A stretch of 64,000 nucleotides of DNA, from the IMG/VR virus record IMGVR_UViG_3300034072_002247; one strand, given 5' to 3'. The position numbers and the translations under genes were made by a program. This DNA comes from an uncultured virus (IMG/VR IMGVR_UViG_3300034072_002247). Taxonomy: Duplodnaviria > Heunggongvirae > Uroviricota > Caudoviricetes. A model generated the notes under the pieces. That model made no database searches and had not been told where the DNA came from. It saw only the letters and a program-made list of their open reading frames with translations. Shown in pieces: positions 35,386 to 45,728 of this stretch. The first letter of the stretch is position 1, and every line of letters begins with the position of its first letter.

Positions 35386-35919
35386 ATGAAATTTCCTTAT
35401 ATTCCACCACTTTCAATAGATGAATTCTTAAAGTTAGATTCTGATAATATAACTATTCTTGAAAATAAAGAATTAATTTTAAAAATAGAAAAAAGATCTT
35501 TATATATTTTTGAAAGAATATCTCAAATTTTAAATTTAAATTTTAGTTGGGTAACTTTTGATACTATTGATTTAGAAAGACATAAAAATGAAAATAATGG
35601 AACTTTTTCTTATAATAAATATAAAGATTATATTTCTTTCTATAGTGATCTTGAAGAATTAGAGCACTTAAACAAAATTATTGATGTTTATTACAATAAA
35701 TTTCCTACTAAATTTATATATGAAAATTTTGAGAATGAAGTTTTAGAAACTATATCTAAAATTAAAAAATCAATTGAAGAAAAAAAAGAAAGAAACAAAA
35801 AAAAGAGAATAAAAGAAAAACAAAATAAAATTGAAAGAGATAAAATTAGACCAGAAGTTATTGCTTCTATAAAATCCAAATTAACAGAACTTGAACTTTC
35901 TTTTATTGATTTTAAATAA
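35386..35919 (+). CDS. hypothetical protein inside the tRNA array
   Basis: GGAG SD before ATG at 35386; C-terminal coiled coil. Confidence 0.7.
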   Translation: MKFPYIPPLSIDEFLKLDSDNITILENKELILKIEKRSLYIFERISQILNLNFSWVTFDTIDLERHKNENNGTFSYNKYKDYISFYSDLEELEHLNKIIDVYYNKFPTKFIYENFENEVLETISKIKKSIEEKKERNKKKRIKEKQNKIERDKIRPEVIASIKSKLTELELSFIDFK

Positions 35920-35928
35920 ATACGTTAT

Positions 35929-36004
35929 GTCCATATAGCTCAACAGGAAAGAGCAACTGCCTCCTAAGCGGAAGATATAGGTTCGAGTCCTATTATGGAT
36001 GCCA
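35929..36004 (+). tRNA. tRNA-Arg(CCT)
   Basis: CTGC-CT-CCT-AA-GCGG, GTCCATA/TATGGAT, GCCA end. Confidence 0.9.
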
Positions 36005-36068
36005 TTTAAATTAATTGACTAAATTATTCTTTTACCATATAATACTTTTTATAAAAATGGAGAATTAT

Positions 36069-36515
36069 ATGGCAGAAAGAAATTATGTAAATCCAAAAAG
36101 AGTATATTTTGATATGGATGGTGTTTTAGCTGATTTTGAATTAGAAGCTGAACAACGTAATGTCACCTTTAAAGAACTTAAAAATATGATAGATGCTTAT
36201 AGACATCTACCCATTATGGATGGGGCTAAAGATGCTGTTAAGCGATTTATTGATTCAGGTTATGAAGTATTTATTCTAACTAAAATTCCTAGCAAAAACC
36301 CTTATGCAGCAACTGAAAAAATATTTTGGCTACAGGATAATTTTCCAGAAGTAGGAGATCATATAATTATTTCTCCAGATAAAGGTGCTTTAGGTCAACC
36401 CGGTCATATTTTAATTGATGATCACCCTGAATGGGCTAATGCTCATAATTTTAAGGGGCAAGTTATAAAGTTTGAAAGAAACTGGAATAAAGTTTTTGAA
36501 TTAGCTGGAATTTAA
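36069..36515 (+). CDS. HAD-family 5'(3')-deoxyribonucleotidase (NT5C-like)
   Basis: YFDMDGVLADF, EK..WL, ILIDD; GGAG SD before ATG 36069. Confidence 0.85.
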   Translation: MAERNYVNPKRVYFDMDGVLADFELEAEQRNVTFKELKNMIDAYRHLPIMDGAKDAVKRFIDSGYEVFILTKIPSKNPYAATEKIFWLQDNFPEVGDHIIISPDKGALGQPGHILIDDHPEWANAHNFKGQVIKFERNWNKVFELAGI

Positions 36516-36520
36516 TTACA

Positions 36521-36545
36521 TAAACCACATTAAAATGTGGTTTTT
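36521..36545 (+). terminator. intrinsic terminator
   Basis: AAACCACAT-TAAA-ATGTGGTTT followed by T-tract. Confidence 0.75.
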
Positions 36546-36558
36546 ATTTGGAGAAAAA

Positions 36559-37386
36559 ATGAAAAGATTAGAACATGATAGTAATACTTTAGAAGAAGTA
36601 ATACAATATTTTCAAACACGAGCTAGGCAACTCATTTCTGAAGGATTTGTTTGGCAAAAGGTTGTTTTACCATTTGAAAATTCTTATTATACTTATTTTA
36701 AAAAAAATAATATAAAATATCTTTCAATATATATTACAGTTCAAGATAGAGGTAAAGGACTCTATAAAAAAATATTATCACAGTTTAATTATCCTATAAT
36801 TACAGTAAATGATTGTAATATTGTAAATTATTTAGAAAACAACAATATTGAACACATCGTATGTTGTGAATTCTTGGATACTTTAGAATATAAAATGATT
36901 CAGAACTTTTATGCAGACCAAAAAGCAGAACGTAGTAAATGTTTCTTAATGAATCATATTGATGAAGGTTTGTTTATTTTAAATGCTATTAATGCAAGTA
37001 TTGAAGCAAAAAAAGCATTCTGTATTCATCCTTTAGTACAAGATGATACAGCTTTAAAATTAAATTGGGATATTGTTAAAAATAAAATTGACCCTGAAGT
37101 CCTTTCTCTTGCTATGGAATATAGAAATATAGCTAATGCTTATCTATCTCACAGAGAAATAAAATCTATTTCAGATATTAAACTAAGTCCTATAGAAGAT
37201 GTAAATGATATGTTAATTGCAGATAAAGTTCAAAATTATAAAGATTTCTTAATTTATCATGCTAATACACATCCTAGAAAAGAAATATTAGATCAATATT
37301 TTAAAAATTGGCTACAAGTATTAAATATATCTAATGATTTTTTCTATTCTCTATCTAAAGAATTAGAATCAATAGAAATATTATAA
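36559..37386 (+). CDS. GNAT-like remnant fused to divergent HD-like (RelA/Mesh1-type) domain
   Basis: RGKGLY; AERS....NHI, CIHP..QDD, IADKVQN. Confidence 0.5.
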   Translation: MKRLEHDSNTLEEVIQYFQTRARQLISEGFVWQKVVLPFENSYYTYFKKNNIKYLSIYITVQDRGKGLYKKILSQFNYPIITVNDCNIVNYLENNNIEHIVCCEFLDTLEYKMIQNFYADQKAERSKCFLMNHIDEGLFILNAINASIEAKKAFCIHPLVQDDTALKLNWDIVKNKIDPEVLSLAMEYRNIANAYLSHREIKSISDIKLSPIEDVNDMLIADKVQNYKDFLIYHANTHPRKEILDQYFKNWLQVLNISNDFFYSLSKELESIEIL

Positions 37387-37444
37387 ATTATATTTAAATT
37401 TTAATTTGGCATGTTATAATATTATTATCAATTAAGAATTAATA

Positions 37445-38425
37445 ATGAAATTATACAAGCTAAATTTAGTTAAATTAAAAGTCATACAAAATAGTATAGA
37501 TAAAGAAGAACAATCTATTCAAAATTTAAAATTTCAAATTAAAAAATATTATCATATTGATGTATTAGAAAAATTAGGCATTAATAAAATTTATATGTCT
37601 ACTGAAGATTTGGATTTCAACTTTTATTTAACTGAAGACCAAATTAAAAAAATAAATTTATTTGCAAAATTAAATAGTGGATTTAATTTATCATTTGATG
37701 ATTTACCATTTAAAGAAATTAATAACTTCAAAGAATTTGAATATTCAAATAAAAATGATTTACCAAAAATAACTACTTTATATAAAGAATTAGATCAAAT
37801 TAAAGATTTATACTTTGATTCTGAAAGAAATCAACGTAAAACTATAAATAAAGAACGTGTAGAAAAATTTGGTAAACTAAATAATTCAATTGAAGGAAAA
37901 AAAATAATTTCAATAGATTTTGAATTTAATCCTAATAACATTGTAGATAAATATGATTTAAGTTTTATATCAGAAGTAGGTATTACAACTAATTTTAATG
38001 GTAATATAGAATCAAAACATTTTATAATTGATGAAAATAAAAAATCAAAATCAAAAGAATTAGGTTTTTTATATGGAGAAACAGAAAGTATTAATACAAA
38101 TGATATTAAAAAAATTCTTAATAACGAACTTAAAAATGCAGATATATTAATTTTACATAGTTTCCATGCTGAATTAAACTTTCTTATTGATAACTCAATT
38201 GAACATTCACATTTAGATATTTTAGATGTTCAAATATTATATAAAAATTATATTGATAATGGAAATGAAGATCTTAAAAAGCTATCAAAAATACTTCAGG
38301 GATTAAATATTGATTACGGTTTCTTACATAATGCTGGTAATGATGCTTATTACACTCACGAAGCATTTGTAAAAATATTAGATAAAATTAATTTCAAGAA
38401 AAAAAACACATTCAAAATCAAATAA
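37445..38425 (+). CDS. DEDDh exonuclease-domain protein
   Basis: SIDFEF, SEVG, HNAGNDAYYT. Confidence 0.8.
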   Translation: MKLYKLNLVKLKVIQNSIDKEEQSIQNLKFQIKKYYHIDVLEKLGINKIYMSTEDLDFNFYLTEDQIKKINLFAKLNSGFNLSFDDLPFKEINNFKEFEYSNKNDLPKITTLYKELDQIKDLYFDSERNQRKTINKERVEKFGKLNNSIEGKKIISIDFEFNPNNIVDKYDLSFISEVGITTNFNGNIESKHFIIDENKKSKSKELGFLYGETESINTNDIKKILNNELKNADILILHSFHAELNFLIDNSIEHSHLDILDVQILYKNYIDNGNEDLKKLSKILQGLNIDYGFLHNAGNDAYYTHEAFVKILDKINFKKKNTFKIK

Positions 38426-38491
38426 TAACCTTTATTTTATATAAAATTAATGATATAATCATTATTATAATGAAAAAAAATGGAGTTTTAA

Positions 38492-38929
38492 ATGAAAAAG
38501 TTATCTTGTGGAACTTTAATTGTAAGGAACAATAATGGTTCTAAAGAGTTATTTATGGCTCATGTAACAAATAAACCTTTTTGGGATATTCCTAAAGGTG
38601 GAAAAACTAAAGAAGAATCATATATTGATGGCGCTATAAGAGAGTTATTAGAAGAAGCAGGTTTTAAATGTTCAAAAGATGAACTATTAGATTTAGGCTT
38701 GTTTGATTATACAGAGAGAAAAGATTTATATTTATTTAAATATGTAGGCAATAAAGAATTTAAAGTAGAAGATGCTCAATGTACAAGTACATTTTTTAGC
38801 CAAATGTATCAAAAAAGACTTCCAGAAGTAGATGCTTTTAAATATATACCATTTGAAGAAGTTTTAAGTTATTGTAGTGAAGGTTTTAAAAATGTATTTC
38901 CACGATTAATTAAAGAAGGTATTATATGA
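38492..38929 (+). CDS. NUDIX hydrolase
   Basis: WDIPKGG....ES....AIRELLEEAG Nudix box. Confidence 0.9.
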   Translation: MKKLSCGTLIVRNNNGSKELFMAHVTNKPFWDIPKGGKTKEESYIDGAIRELLEEAGFKCSKDELLDLGLFDYTERKDLYLFKYVGNKEFKVEDAQCTSTFFSQMYQKRLPEVDAFKYIPFEEVLSYCSEGFKNVFPRLIKEGII

Positions 38930-39510
38930 TTTATATAGGATTAGATATTGATGAAACTATTATTAAAGCCGTGGAATATCACGGCTTATCTGATCGTCCT
39001 GATGATGCTGAATTTTACTTTGAACTTTTTCAACCTAACTATACCGAAAAATTTGCTGTTTATAAAAGAAATCATTTAAATGAATTTATTGAAAATATAA
39101 ATAAAAATTTTAAAATTTTCTTTTATACTAGAGCGGATAGAACTTATGCTGAAATTATACTTAATAACTTAAATCTAGCTCACTATCCACTTTTTGCAAG
39201 AGAAAACACTATTAAAAAAGAAGAGTTAATAGATCCTATTAAGGGAACTATTATTACTTATTATCAAAAAGACTTACAAATTGTAGCAGATAATCTTAAA
39301 ATTGATAAAGAAGACATTATTTTCATTGACGATGTTGTTAATGAAAATGAGTTAAAACAAACAAATTTAGCTATTGAAATTCCAGAATTTGATATTGAAA
39401 TTGAAGATTTTGATTTAAAAATTATAATAAATCATATTGAAAGTGCTTTTTTAAAATATGAAAATGATAGTTATTTTAAAGATTATATAAGAAGTCTTAA
39501 TTTTTATTAA
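38926..39510 (+). CDS. HAD-superfamily NIF/FCP1-like phosphatase
   Basis: LDIDETII, YKR, KDL, FIDD. Confidence 0.8.
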   Translation: MIYIGLDIDETIIKAVEYHGLSDRPDDAEFYFELFQPNYTEKFAVYKRNHLNEFIENINKNFKIFFYTRADRTYAEIILNNLNLAHYPLFARENTIKKEELIDPIKGTIITYYQKDLQIVADNLKIDKEDIIFIDDVVNENELKQTNLAIEIPEFDIEIEDFDLKIIINHIESAFLKYENDSYFKDYIRSLNFY

Positions 39511-39570
39511 TAATTATTTATTTATTTTTTTATTTTGCTATAATATAATTAAATAACTAAATAATAAAAA

Positions 39571-41499
39571 ATGAAAGATAACAATATTGTTTCTAAATTA
39601 CAAAAAGAACAAGCAGTAGAAAATTTTAAAAAATGGTTTGGAAATAGTCAAATAATAAATAGTTCTGGAGAACCAGAAATTGTTTATACAGGTACTTTAT
39701 CCGATTTCACTGTTTTTGATTACTCAAAATCTAACAATCAAAATTTTTTCGGTAAAGGTTTTTATTTTAGTAGTTCTATTGAAGATGTTAACTCAAATTA
39801 CGCAACGGTAAAAGGGCCAGATTTTGAAATAAAATATGATAAAATTAAAGAAAACTTTTTCAGAATCATGGAAGGATATGATGAATTCAATAAAGAAGAT
39901 ATAGATTATTTTATATCTTTATCTAACAACAAATCTATTGAACAACCAATTTTGTCTGCTGTTCAAAAACTTTTAAGTTGTATAGATGAAGTTGAAGATT
40001 ACAGTGAGATGACAGAAGAAGAAATGGACTTAATAAGTACTAAATACATAAATGATAAACTATCAGTTGATAACCAAGGATTTATTATACCAGCATATAT
40101 AAAGATGGAAAACCCTTTAAGAGTTGATCATGACTTTTTAGAGAAAGAAGAAAAAATATCTGGTCAAGAATTTGAAAGAATTCTTTCTAAGTTTGAATCT
40201 TTATTTAATTTTGATAAATCAGCTTTATATAACGAGTTCTATCACCTTTTTTCAGATATAAATGAAGAATATTCTATTGAGTTTGATGAATTTGAAGAAA
40301 TAGCAGAAAATTTCAGACATTATATATTTGAAGAAGATGAAGATACATATGAAGAAAAATATTTAGAATTTATAAATTTTGCGAGAGATGTATTTGACTC
40401 AGATTACATTAATATAACATATGAACTAAATGGCTCTCTTATTGAATTTAAAGACAGATTTAAAAGAAAACTACAAGATTTGGGATTCTTTAATGAAGCA
40501 GACAATTTCGAATCTTTATTTTCTGAGAAATATTTAATTGAAGAAACTGTTTATGTTAGAGATATATTAAAAAATGAAGATATAGATATGTTAATAATGG
40601 ATCTATTTCCTATGGATAATCAATTTGATAATGATTGTTTCATATATAAAGGATTATGTGCAGCTATATTTCAAGAAATGGGTTATGATGGAATTATTCA
40701 AGAAGCATTTAAAGAGTTTAAAACAATGAAAAACATTTCAGAGGCTTATCATTATATTGTTTTTAACAGTAATAACATAAAAAGTGCTATAGGAAATAAT
40801 GGTGAATATTCTTTAACTGATAATGATATTAGATATAGAATTAATTATAGAATGCAAGAAGATTATCGTAAGAAAATTTCCGTCAATACTAAAGATTGCG
40901 AAAAAATAATTAAAGATATAAAAGAACAATATTCAAGTTCTCCAAATATTATTTTAATAAAAAATAAATTAGAAATTGATAAAGAACTTTTAAACCAGCA
41001 TAAAGATATTTTAAATAGCTCTGGATATTATTTAAAAGAAAAAAATTCTGTCTATATAATGCTAGAGAATATAACTGGAAGAAAAGACTTTATTAAGACT
41101 ATAGCTCATGAAATTTTTGGGCATATGAGTTTACAAGAAATTTTAAAAAATAACTATACACCATTTTTAAATAAAGTTTATGATTTTTATGATAAAAAAG
41201 GATTACTAGAAGAAGAGAAAAAACATTACTCTTCTATATATGGAAATAATTTTAACGACATAAATATTAAATCTAAAATTGCTGAAGAAAAAATGGCTAA
41301 TGTAATTGAAGAACAAGGTTTTAAAAATTTTCCACTTAAAAATGTAATTATAGGAGCAATAAAAAACTCTTTAAGAAAATTATTACCTAATATTCCATTT
41401 GGTAATAGTGATATAATTTATATTGCTCAACAAACTCATAATAATTTAAAGAAGAAAAATAAAAAGGAAAATAAAATAAAAAATAAAAACCGCTTTTAA
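39571..41499 (+). CDS. polyvalent protein: ART-PolyVal-like domain with acidic insert + zincin-like metallopeptidase
   Basis: NFKKWFG.S....GEP.IVY.GT, GKGFYFS, GYDGII, YIVF....IKSA.GNNG; AHEIFGH...EE. Confidence 0.7.
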   Translation: MKDNNIVSKLQKEQAVENFKKWFGNSQIINSSGEPEIVYTGTLSDFTVFDYSKSNNQNFFGKGFYFSSSIEDVNSNYATVKGPDFEIKYDKIKENFFRIMEGYDEFNKEDIDYFISLSNNKSIEQPILSAVQKLLSCIDEVEDYSEMTEEEMDLISTKYINDKLSVDNQGFIIPAYIKMENPLRVDHDFLEKEEKISGQEFERILSKFESLFNFDKSALYNEFYHLFSDINEEYSIEFDEFEEIAENFRHYIFEEDEDTYEEKYLEFINFARDVFDSDYINITYELNGSLIEFKDRFKRKLQDLGFFNEADNFESLFSEKYLIEETVYVRDILKNEDIDMLIMDLFPMDNQFDNDCFIYKGLCAAIFQEMGYDGIIQEAFKEFKTMKNISEAYHYIVFNSNNIKSAIGNNGEYSLTDNDIRYRINYRMQEDYRKKISVNTKDCEKIIKDIKEQYSSSPNIILIKNKLEIDKELLNQHKDILNSSGYYLKEKNSVYIMLENITGRKDFIKTIAHEIFGHMSLQEILKNNYTPFLNKVYDFYDKKGLLEEEKKHYSSIYGNNFNDINIKSKIAEEKMANVIEEQGFKNFPLKNVIIGAIKNSLRKLLPNIPFGNSDIIYIAQQTHNNLKKKNKKENKIKNKNRF

Positions 41500-41504
41500 A
41501 GCGG

Positions 41505-41999
41505 TTATTTTTTAAATTCAAATTTTATAAACAATCTTTCAATTGGTACTTTAATTTCTCCATTTTCATCAAAATTGCTATTTTTTTCATTTGATAAGTA
41601 GTTTATATCTATATCTTTTTTATTAATATCATTAGAAGTATTAATATCTTTTAAATCTATTACAGATTTTTCTACTGCAATTTTAAAGTTTAATTCAGCT
41701 TCTAATCTAGCTCTTATAATAGGATTTTCTATTTCAGTTGCTTTTAATTCTTTTCCTGAAAAATACTCTTTTGCTTCTCTCATAAATACGAGAAATCTTT
41801 GGTCTTTTACATTATCTATAAACTTTTCTGTTCTATTACTTGCTGTTCTTGTGTCTACTGGTATTGAAGGTTCTTCTTCAAAAGGACTTCTTACACTTAA
41901 ATCTAGTATAATATTATTGTCTTTTTCTTTGTAATGATAATTAACTCCTTTATGGAAAGGAGTAGCAAAATCTTTACTAGTTTGCTCAACTATATTCAT
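41505..41999 (-). CDS. hypothetical protein
   Basis: 164-aa ORF with AAGGTG SD. Confidence 0.65.
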   Translation of the reverse strand: MNIVEQTSKDFATPFHKGVNYHYKEKDNNIILDLSVRSPFEEEPSIPVDTRTASNRTEKFIDNVKDQRFLVFMREAKEYFSGKELKATEIENPIIRARLEAELNFKIAVEKSVIDLKDINTSNDINKKDIDINYLSNEKNSNFDENGEIKVPIERLFIKFEFKK

Positions 42000-42180
42000 A
42001 TAGTCACCTTTATCTATTACTACTTAAAAATATACCATATTTTGGTTAAAAATCAACCATTAAATATAAATATTTATATATTATTTACGATTAGTTAACA
42101 CTTTTTTTAAAATTTATTGACATTAAAGAAATGCAAATGTTATAATGGATTAAGCAAATTCTATTTTAAAGGATAAATTA

Positions 42181-42789
42181 ATGAATATAAAACCATTATC
42201 ATATGACGTTGAATTAACACTAAAAGATGGTGCTTTAAGTCATATTACACATGAATCTAAAAATTTTGGAGTATATATCGATGAAAATCGAAAAGTAAAT
42301 ATTCTTTTATTATCTGACATTTCAATGTTAGGCACTAATAATAAAGTTTTAAACTTTTTTGAAGAAAATGGTTTTGGAGTAAGATTTTTAGATAATAATT
42401 TAGATCTTAAAAAAATAATAGAAGAGTACAACTCTCAATCATTAACTGATATTTTAGAAGAAAAGGAAGTATCTATTCAGGTTTACGATTACAAACTTGA
42501 TAAAGACAACTTTCAATTATTAGATAGCTTAATCAATGATAATGAAGAAATACAAGTTTATTTTTATTTAGTTGAAGATCTTGAAAAGTTTAATAATTCA
42601 TTTTCAATTGCTTTTACATCTTTGTTAGAAAATAATTCTGACATAGAACTTGATGTTTTATTTGATATTAGCAATCTTACATATTTTGATGTTTACCCTT
42701 TCATGGATAAGTTTAAAAACAAATCTCAAGATATGAATATTATTGACGGTTGTTCACTTAAAAAGTTTAAAATAACTGTTAAAAAATAA
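42181..42789 (+). CDS. hypothetical protein
   Basis: TTGACA..TATAAT promoter, AAGGA SD, terminator at 42791-42814. Confidence 0.7.
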   Translation: MNIKPLSYDVELTLKDGALSHITHESKNFGVYIDENRKVNILLLSDISMLGTNNKVLNFFEENGFGVRFLDNNLDLKKIIEEYNSQSLTDILEEKEVSIQVYDYKLDKDNFQLLDSLINDNEEIQVYFYLVEDLEKFNNSFSIAFTSLLENNSDIELDVLFDISNLTYFDVYPFMDKFKNKSQDMNIIDGCSLKKFKITVKK

Positions 42790-42982
42790 AAAAGCGTCAA
42801 TATTAAGACGCTTTTATCCACTTTTTATTTAAAATATGCTACTTAAGTCTAAAAAATAATCATTTTTTATATATTTTCTTGACGCTTAATATTTTTTATG
42901 TATACTGGTATTAATAAAATAATTATCATTTATATATTTTTTTTGTTATAAATGAATTTTTATTAACACATATGGAGTTAAC

Positions 42983-43909
42983 ATGGAAAGGTTAGTGCAG
43001 TCATATTCTATAAGAGACATTAGAACAAAAATTTTCAATAAACTTTCTTTAAAAAATAGAAATGATATTGCTAATTATATTTCCATTAAAAACTTATACA
43101 GTGAACTTCAGATAGATGAATATTTAATAGAACCTGAGTTAAATGATTGTTTTATCAATGTCATTGATTTTGTAAAGTTAATTACTTTTATTAATTTAAA
43201 ACATAATTCAAATATTAGATTAACAGATTTTAAAAGTCATGAAAATAATCACAATTCTTTTACTAAAATAAAAAATATAGATGAAGCTTTATATCTTGAT
43301 GTGACTTTTAACTATATATTTTCAAGACCTAACTTAAACTCAACAATTAATAACATATTTAAAGAAGATATAAAAATAGGTAAAACTGTAGTTTCTTTCG
43401 ATTTTTCTTTTAATCAGTGTTATGATATAGTAGATTTGGGTATATCATATTACAATGGCAAAATAAGAAAAGACTATCATTACTTAGTAAAAGAGAACTT
43501 ACCAAATAAATTTTCAGATAACAGTAATTATTTATCATTTCATTTTGGAAAAACTGAAATAAAATCCTATGATAAATTAATAAATATACTTTCAGCTTTT
43601 ATTCAACAAGCTGACATTATACTTTTACATGACACTTCCAATGATTTAAAAGCTTTACATAAAGTTAATCTAGATACTTTATTAGAAAACAAAAAAGTAA
43701 TAGACACTTCTCTTATTTTTAAAATTGAAGACAATCATTTAATAGTAAAAGACACCTCTAAAAGAACGAGTTTAAAAGATCTATTAAAGTTTAGTAATAT
43801 TCCTTATAGCAAACTTCATAATAGTGGAAATGATGCTACTTATACTTTAAAATTATTTATTAAAAACTTTAATAAAATAAAAAAATACTCAAAAGTCTTT
43901 TCTAATTGA
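42983..43909 (+). CDS. DEDDh exonuclease-like paralog, motif I Glu replaced
   Basis: SFDFSF, DLG, HNSGNDATYT; paralog of 37445-38425. Confidence 0.75.
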   Translation: MERLVQSYSIRDIRTKIFNKLSLKNRNDIANYISIKNLYSELQIDEYLIEPELNDCFINVIDFVKLITFINLKHNSNIRLTDFKSHENNHNSFTKIKNIDEALYLDVTFNYIFSRPNLNSTINNIFKEDIKIGKTVVSFDFSFNQCYDIVDLGISYYNGKIRKDYHYLVKENLPNKFSDNSNYLSFHFGKTEIKSYDKLINILSAFIQQADIILLHDTSNDLKALHKVNLDTLLENKKVIDTSLIFKIEDNHLIVKDTSKRTSLKDLLKFSNIPYSKLHNSGNDATYTLKLFIKNFNKIKKYSKVFSN

Positions 43910-43956
43910 CATATTAATTATTTTAATTTATAATTTGCGTTAAAAAGGTATAATCT

Positions 43957-44709
43957 ATGGCGCAAATTTCAACTAATGTAAGCAAAGAAACTCTTTCTAA
44001 AATTATTGATTCATTAAAAAGCTCAAAAATAAGTTTTTATAATCTAACTGAAAAAGATTCACATAAATGTTCTTATTTTGATTTTGAAGAAGATGTTTAT
44101 TTTATTCACTCATATAATGGTGAAATAGATGTTATAAACAAAGTAAAAAAACAAATATTAAATAATAAAGAAGAGTTCAAAAAAGACAGCACAGATACTT
44201 TTAATAATCTTATTATATATTCTGATGGTGGATGTGTTCCTAATCCCGGTGAATCAGGCTCAGGAATTGCTGTTTTTTACAATGATGAAATTATCTCTGC
44301 TTTTTATGGCTTATATGAAAGAGAGTCTACTAATAATATTGCAGAATTAAAAGCATTACATAATGCTTTAATTATTTCTAAAAAATATATTGAAAATGGG
44401 ACTTCTAGCATAACAATAAAAACTGATTCTCAGTATTCAATGAATTGTTTAACATTATGGATTGATGGCTGGATTAAAAATAATTGGCGTAATGCAAAGA
44501 AAGAACCTATTAAAAATAAAGAATTGATTAAAGAATCATATCAAATCTATTTAACTATTAAAGATAAAGTTAAAATAGACTATGTAAAAGGTCATGCTGG
44601 AATTCTTGGTAATGAAATTTGTGATTATCTTGCTACTTTTTCAATTGAAAACAAAGAAAAAGATTTAAAAGAATTTAAAGAACTTGATAAATTAAAGGAT
44701 TTAGTATGA
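43957..44709 (+). CDS. rnhA: ribonuclease HI with N-terminal extension
   Basis: YSDGG..PNPG, TNNIAEL, TDSQY, W...W, VKGHAG..GNE..D. Confidence 0.9.
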   Translation: MAQISTNVSKETLSKIIDSLKSSKISFYNLTEKDSHKCSYFDFEEDVYFIHSYNGEIDVINKVKKQILNNKEEFKKDSTDTFNNLIIYSDGGCVPNPGESGSGIAVFYNDEIISAFYGLYERESTNNIAELKALHNALIISKKYIENGTSSITIKTDSQYSMNCLTLWIDGWIKNNWRNAKKEPIKNKELIKESYQIYLTIKDKVKIDYVKGHAGILGNEICDYLATFSIENKEKDLKEFKELDKLKDLV

Positions 44710-45278
44710 AAAATAAAATATTAATTTTTTTATCACTATTAATTTTTGCATCTACATTACAAGCAAAAGAAATAGAAGGGGCTTTTGGTTTGAAGTTTAA
44801 TTCACATAAAGAAAGTGAAGATAAAAAAACAAAAAAAGTAAAATTTATTCCAGAAGAAGGATTTGAATTCTTAATGTTTCAAAATTATTACTATTCAACA
44901 ACTCCTAAAACTAATAAAATCTATTCAATATCAGCAGAAGGTAGTATTATAAATGGTTGCAATAAAGATCTAGCATTTATTAATAAAATAATTAAAGATA
45001 AGTATGATATTGAATCAAATAGAAAAGAAATACCTGTAAAATTTGAGAAAGATGGTGATATTATAAAAGATTCTATAGTTACTTATTTATTTAAAGACAA
45101 TTCAAAACAAATAATGTTAAGTTGTGATCCTGAAGAAGAAATTATAATAATAACATATATCGAATTAGAAACAGCAGCTAAAGCATTTAAAGAAGCTGAA
45201 AAATTAACTAATAAAGAATTAACAAAAGAAATTAAAAAATTAAAAGAAGAAGATAAATTAAACACTAAAGGTCTTTGA
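44706..45278 (+). CDS. secreted hypothetical protein
   Basis: signal peptide ending TLQA; EGAFGLKF. Confidence 0.7.
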   Translation: MKNKILIFLSLLIFASTLQAKEIEGAFGLKFNSHKESEDKKTKKVKFIPEEGFEFLMFQNYYYSTTPKTNKIYSISAEGSIINGCNKDLAFINKIIKDKYDIESNRKEIPVKFEKDGDIIKDSIVTYLFKDNSKQIMLSCDPEEEIIIITYIELETAAKAFKEAEKLTNKELTKEIKKLKEEDKLNTKGL

Positions 45279-45728
45279 GCTTTTTATTGAAAAATTTAGA
45301 GTATTAATATTCAAAATATTACTATTTATTAAATTTTTTAAAGATAAATCATTATAACTTGATTCAAAATTATAAATTAAAATATTAGTTGAATGTTTAC
45401 TGAAAGGTTGGCTCCAGTAATACATTAACTCACCTTCTCCACCATATTTTACAAAAAGTTCTTTTTCTTTATATTTCATTTTTTTTATTTTTGGATCTTC
45501 TTCATTACTTATATAAAAATACAAAGTAGTTACATCTAAAAGATTTATATAATCTTTAACATGAAGATCTTCTATTACTTTTTTTAATACAGATATACAT
45601 ATTTTCTCTTGAATAAAATCAAAATCATCTTTTAAATTGTTCTTAACATCAAATTCTATTTTACAAGAATTATCTAAATCTATATATTTTGTTTTAATTT
45701 CTATATAATTTTCACTCATTATATTCAT
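45258..45728 (-). CDS. hypothetical protein
   Basis: ORF coupled to the phosphatase gene. Confidence 0.6.
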   Translation of the reverse strand: MNIMSENYIEIKTKYIDLDNSCKIEFDVKNNLKDDFDFIQEKICISVLKKVIEDLHVKDYINLLDVTTLYFYISNEEDPKIKKMKYKEKELFVKYGGEGELMYYWSQPFSKHSTNILIYNFESSYNDLSLKNLINSNILNINTLNFSIKSSKTFSV

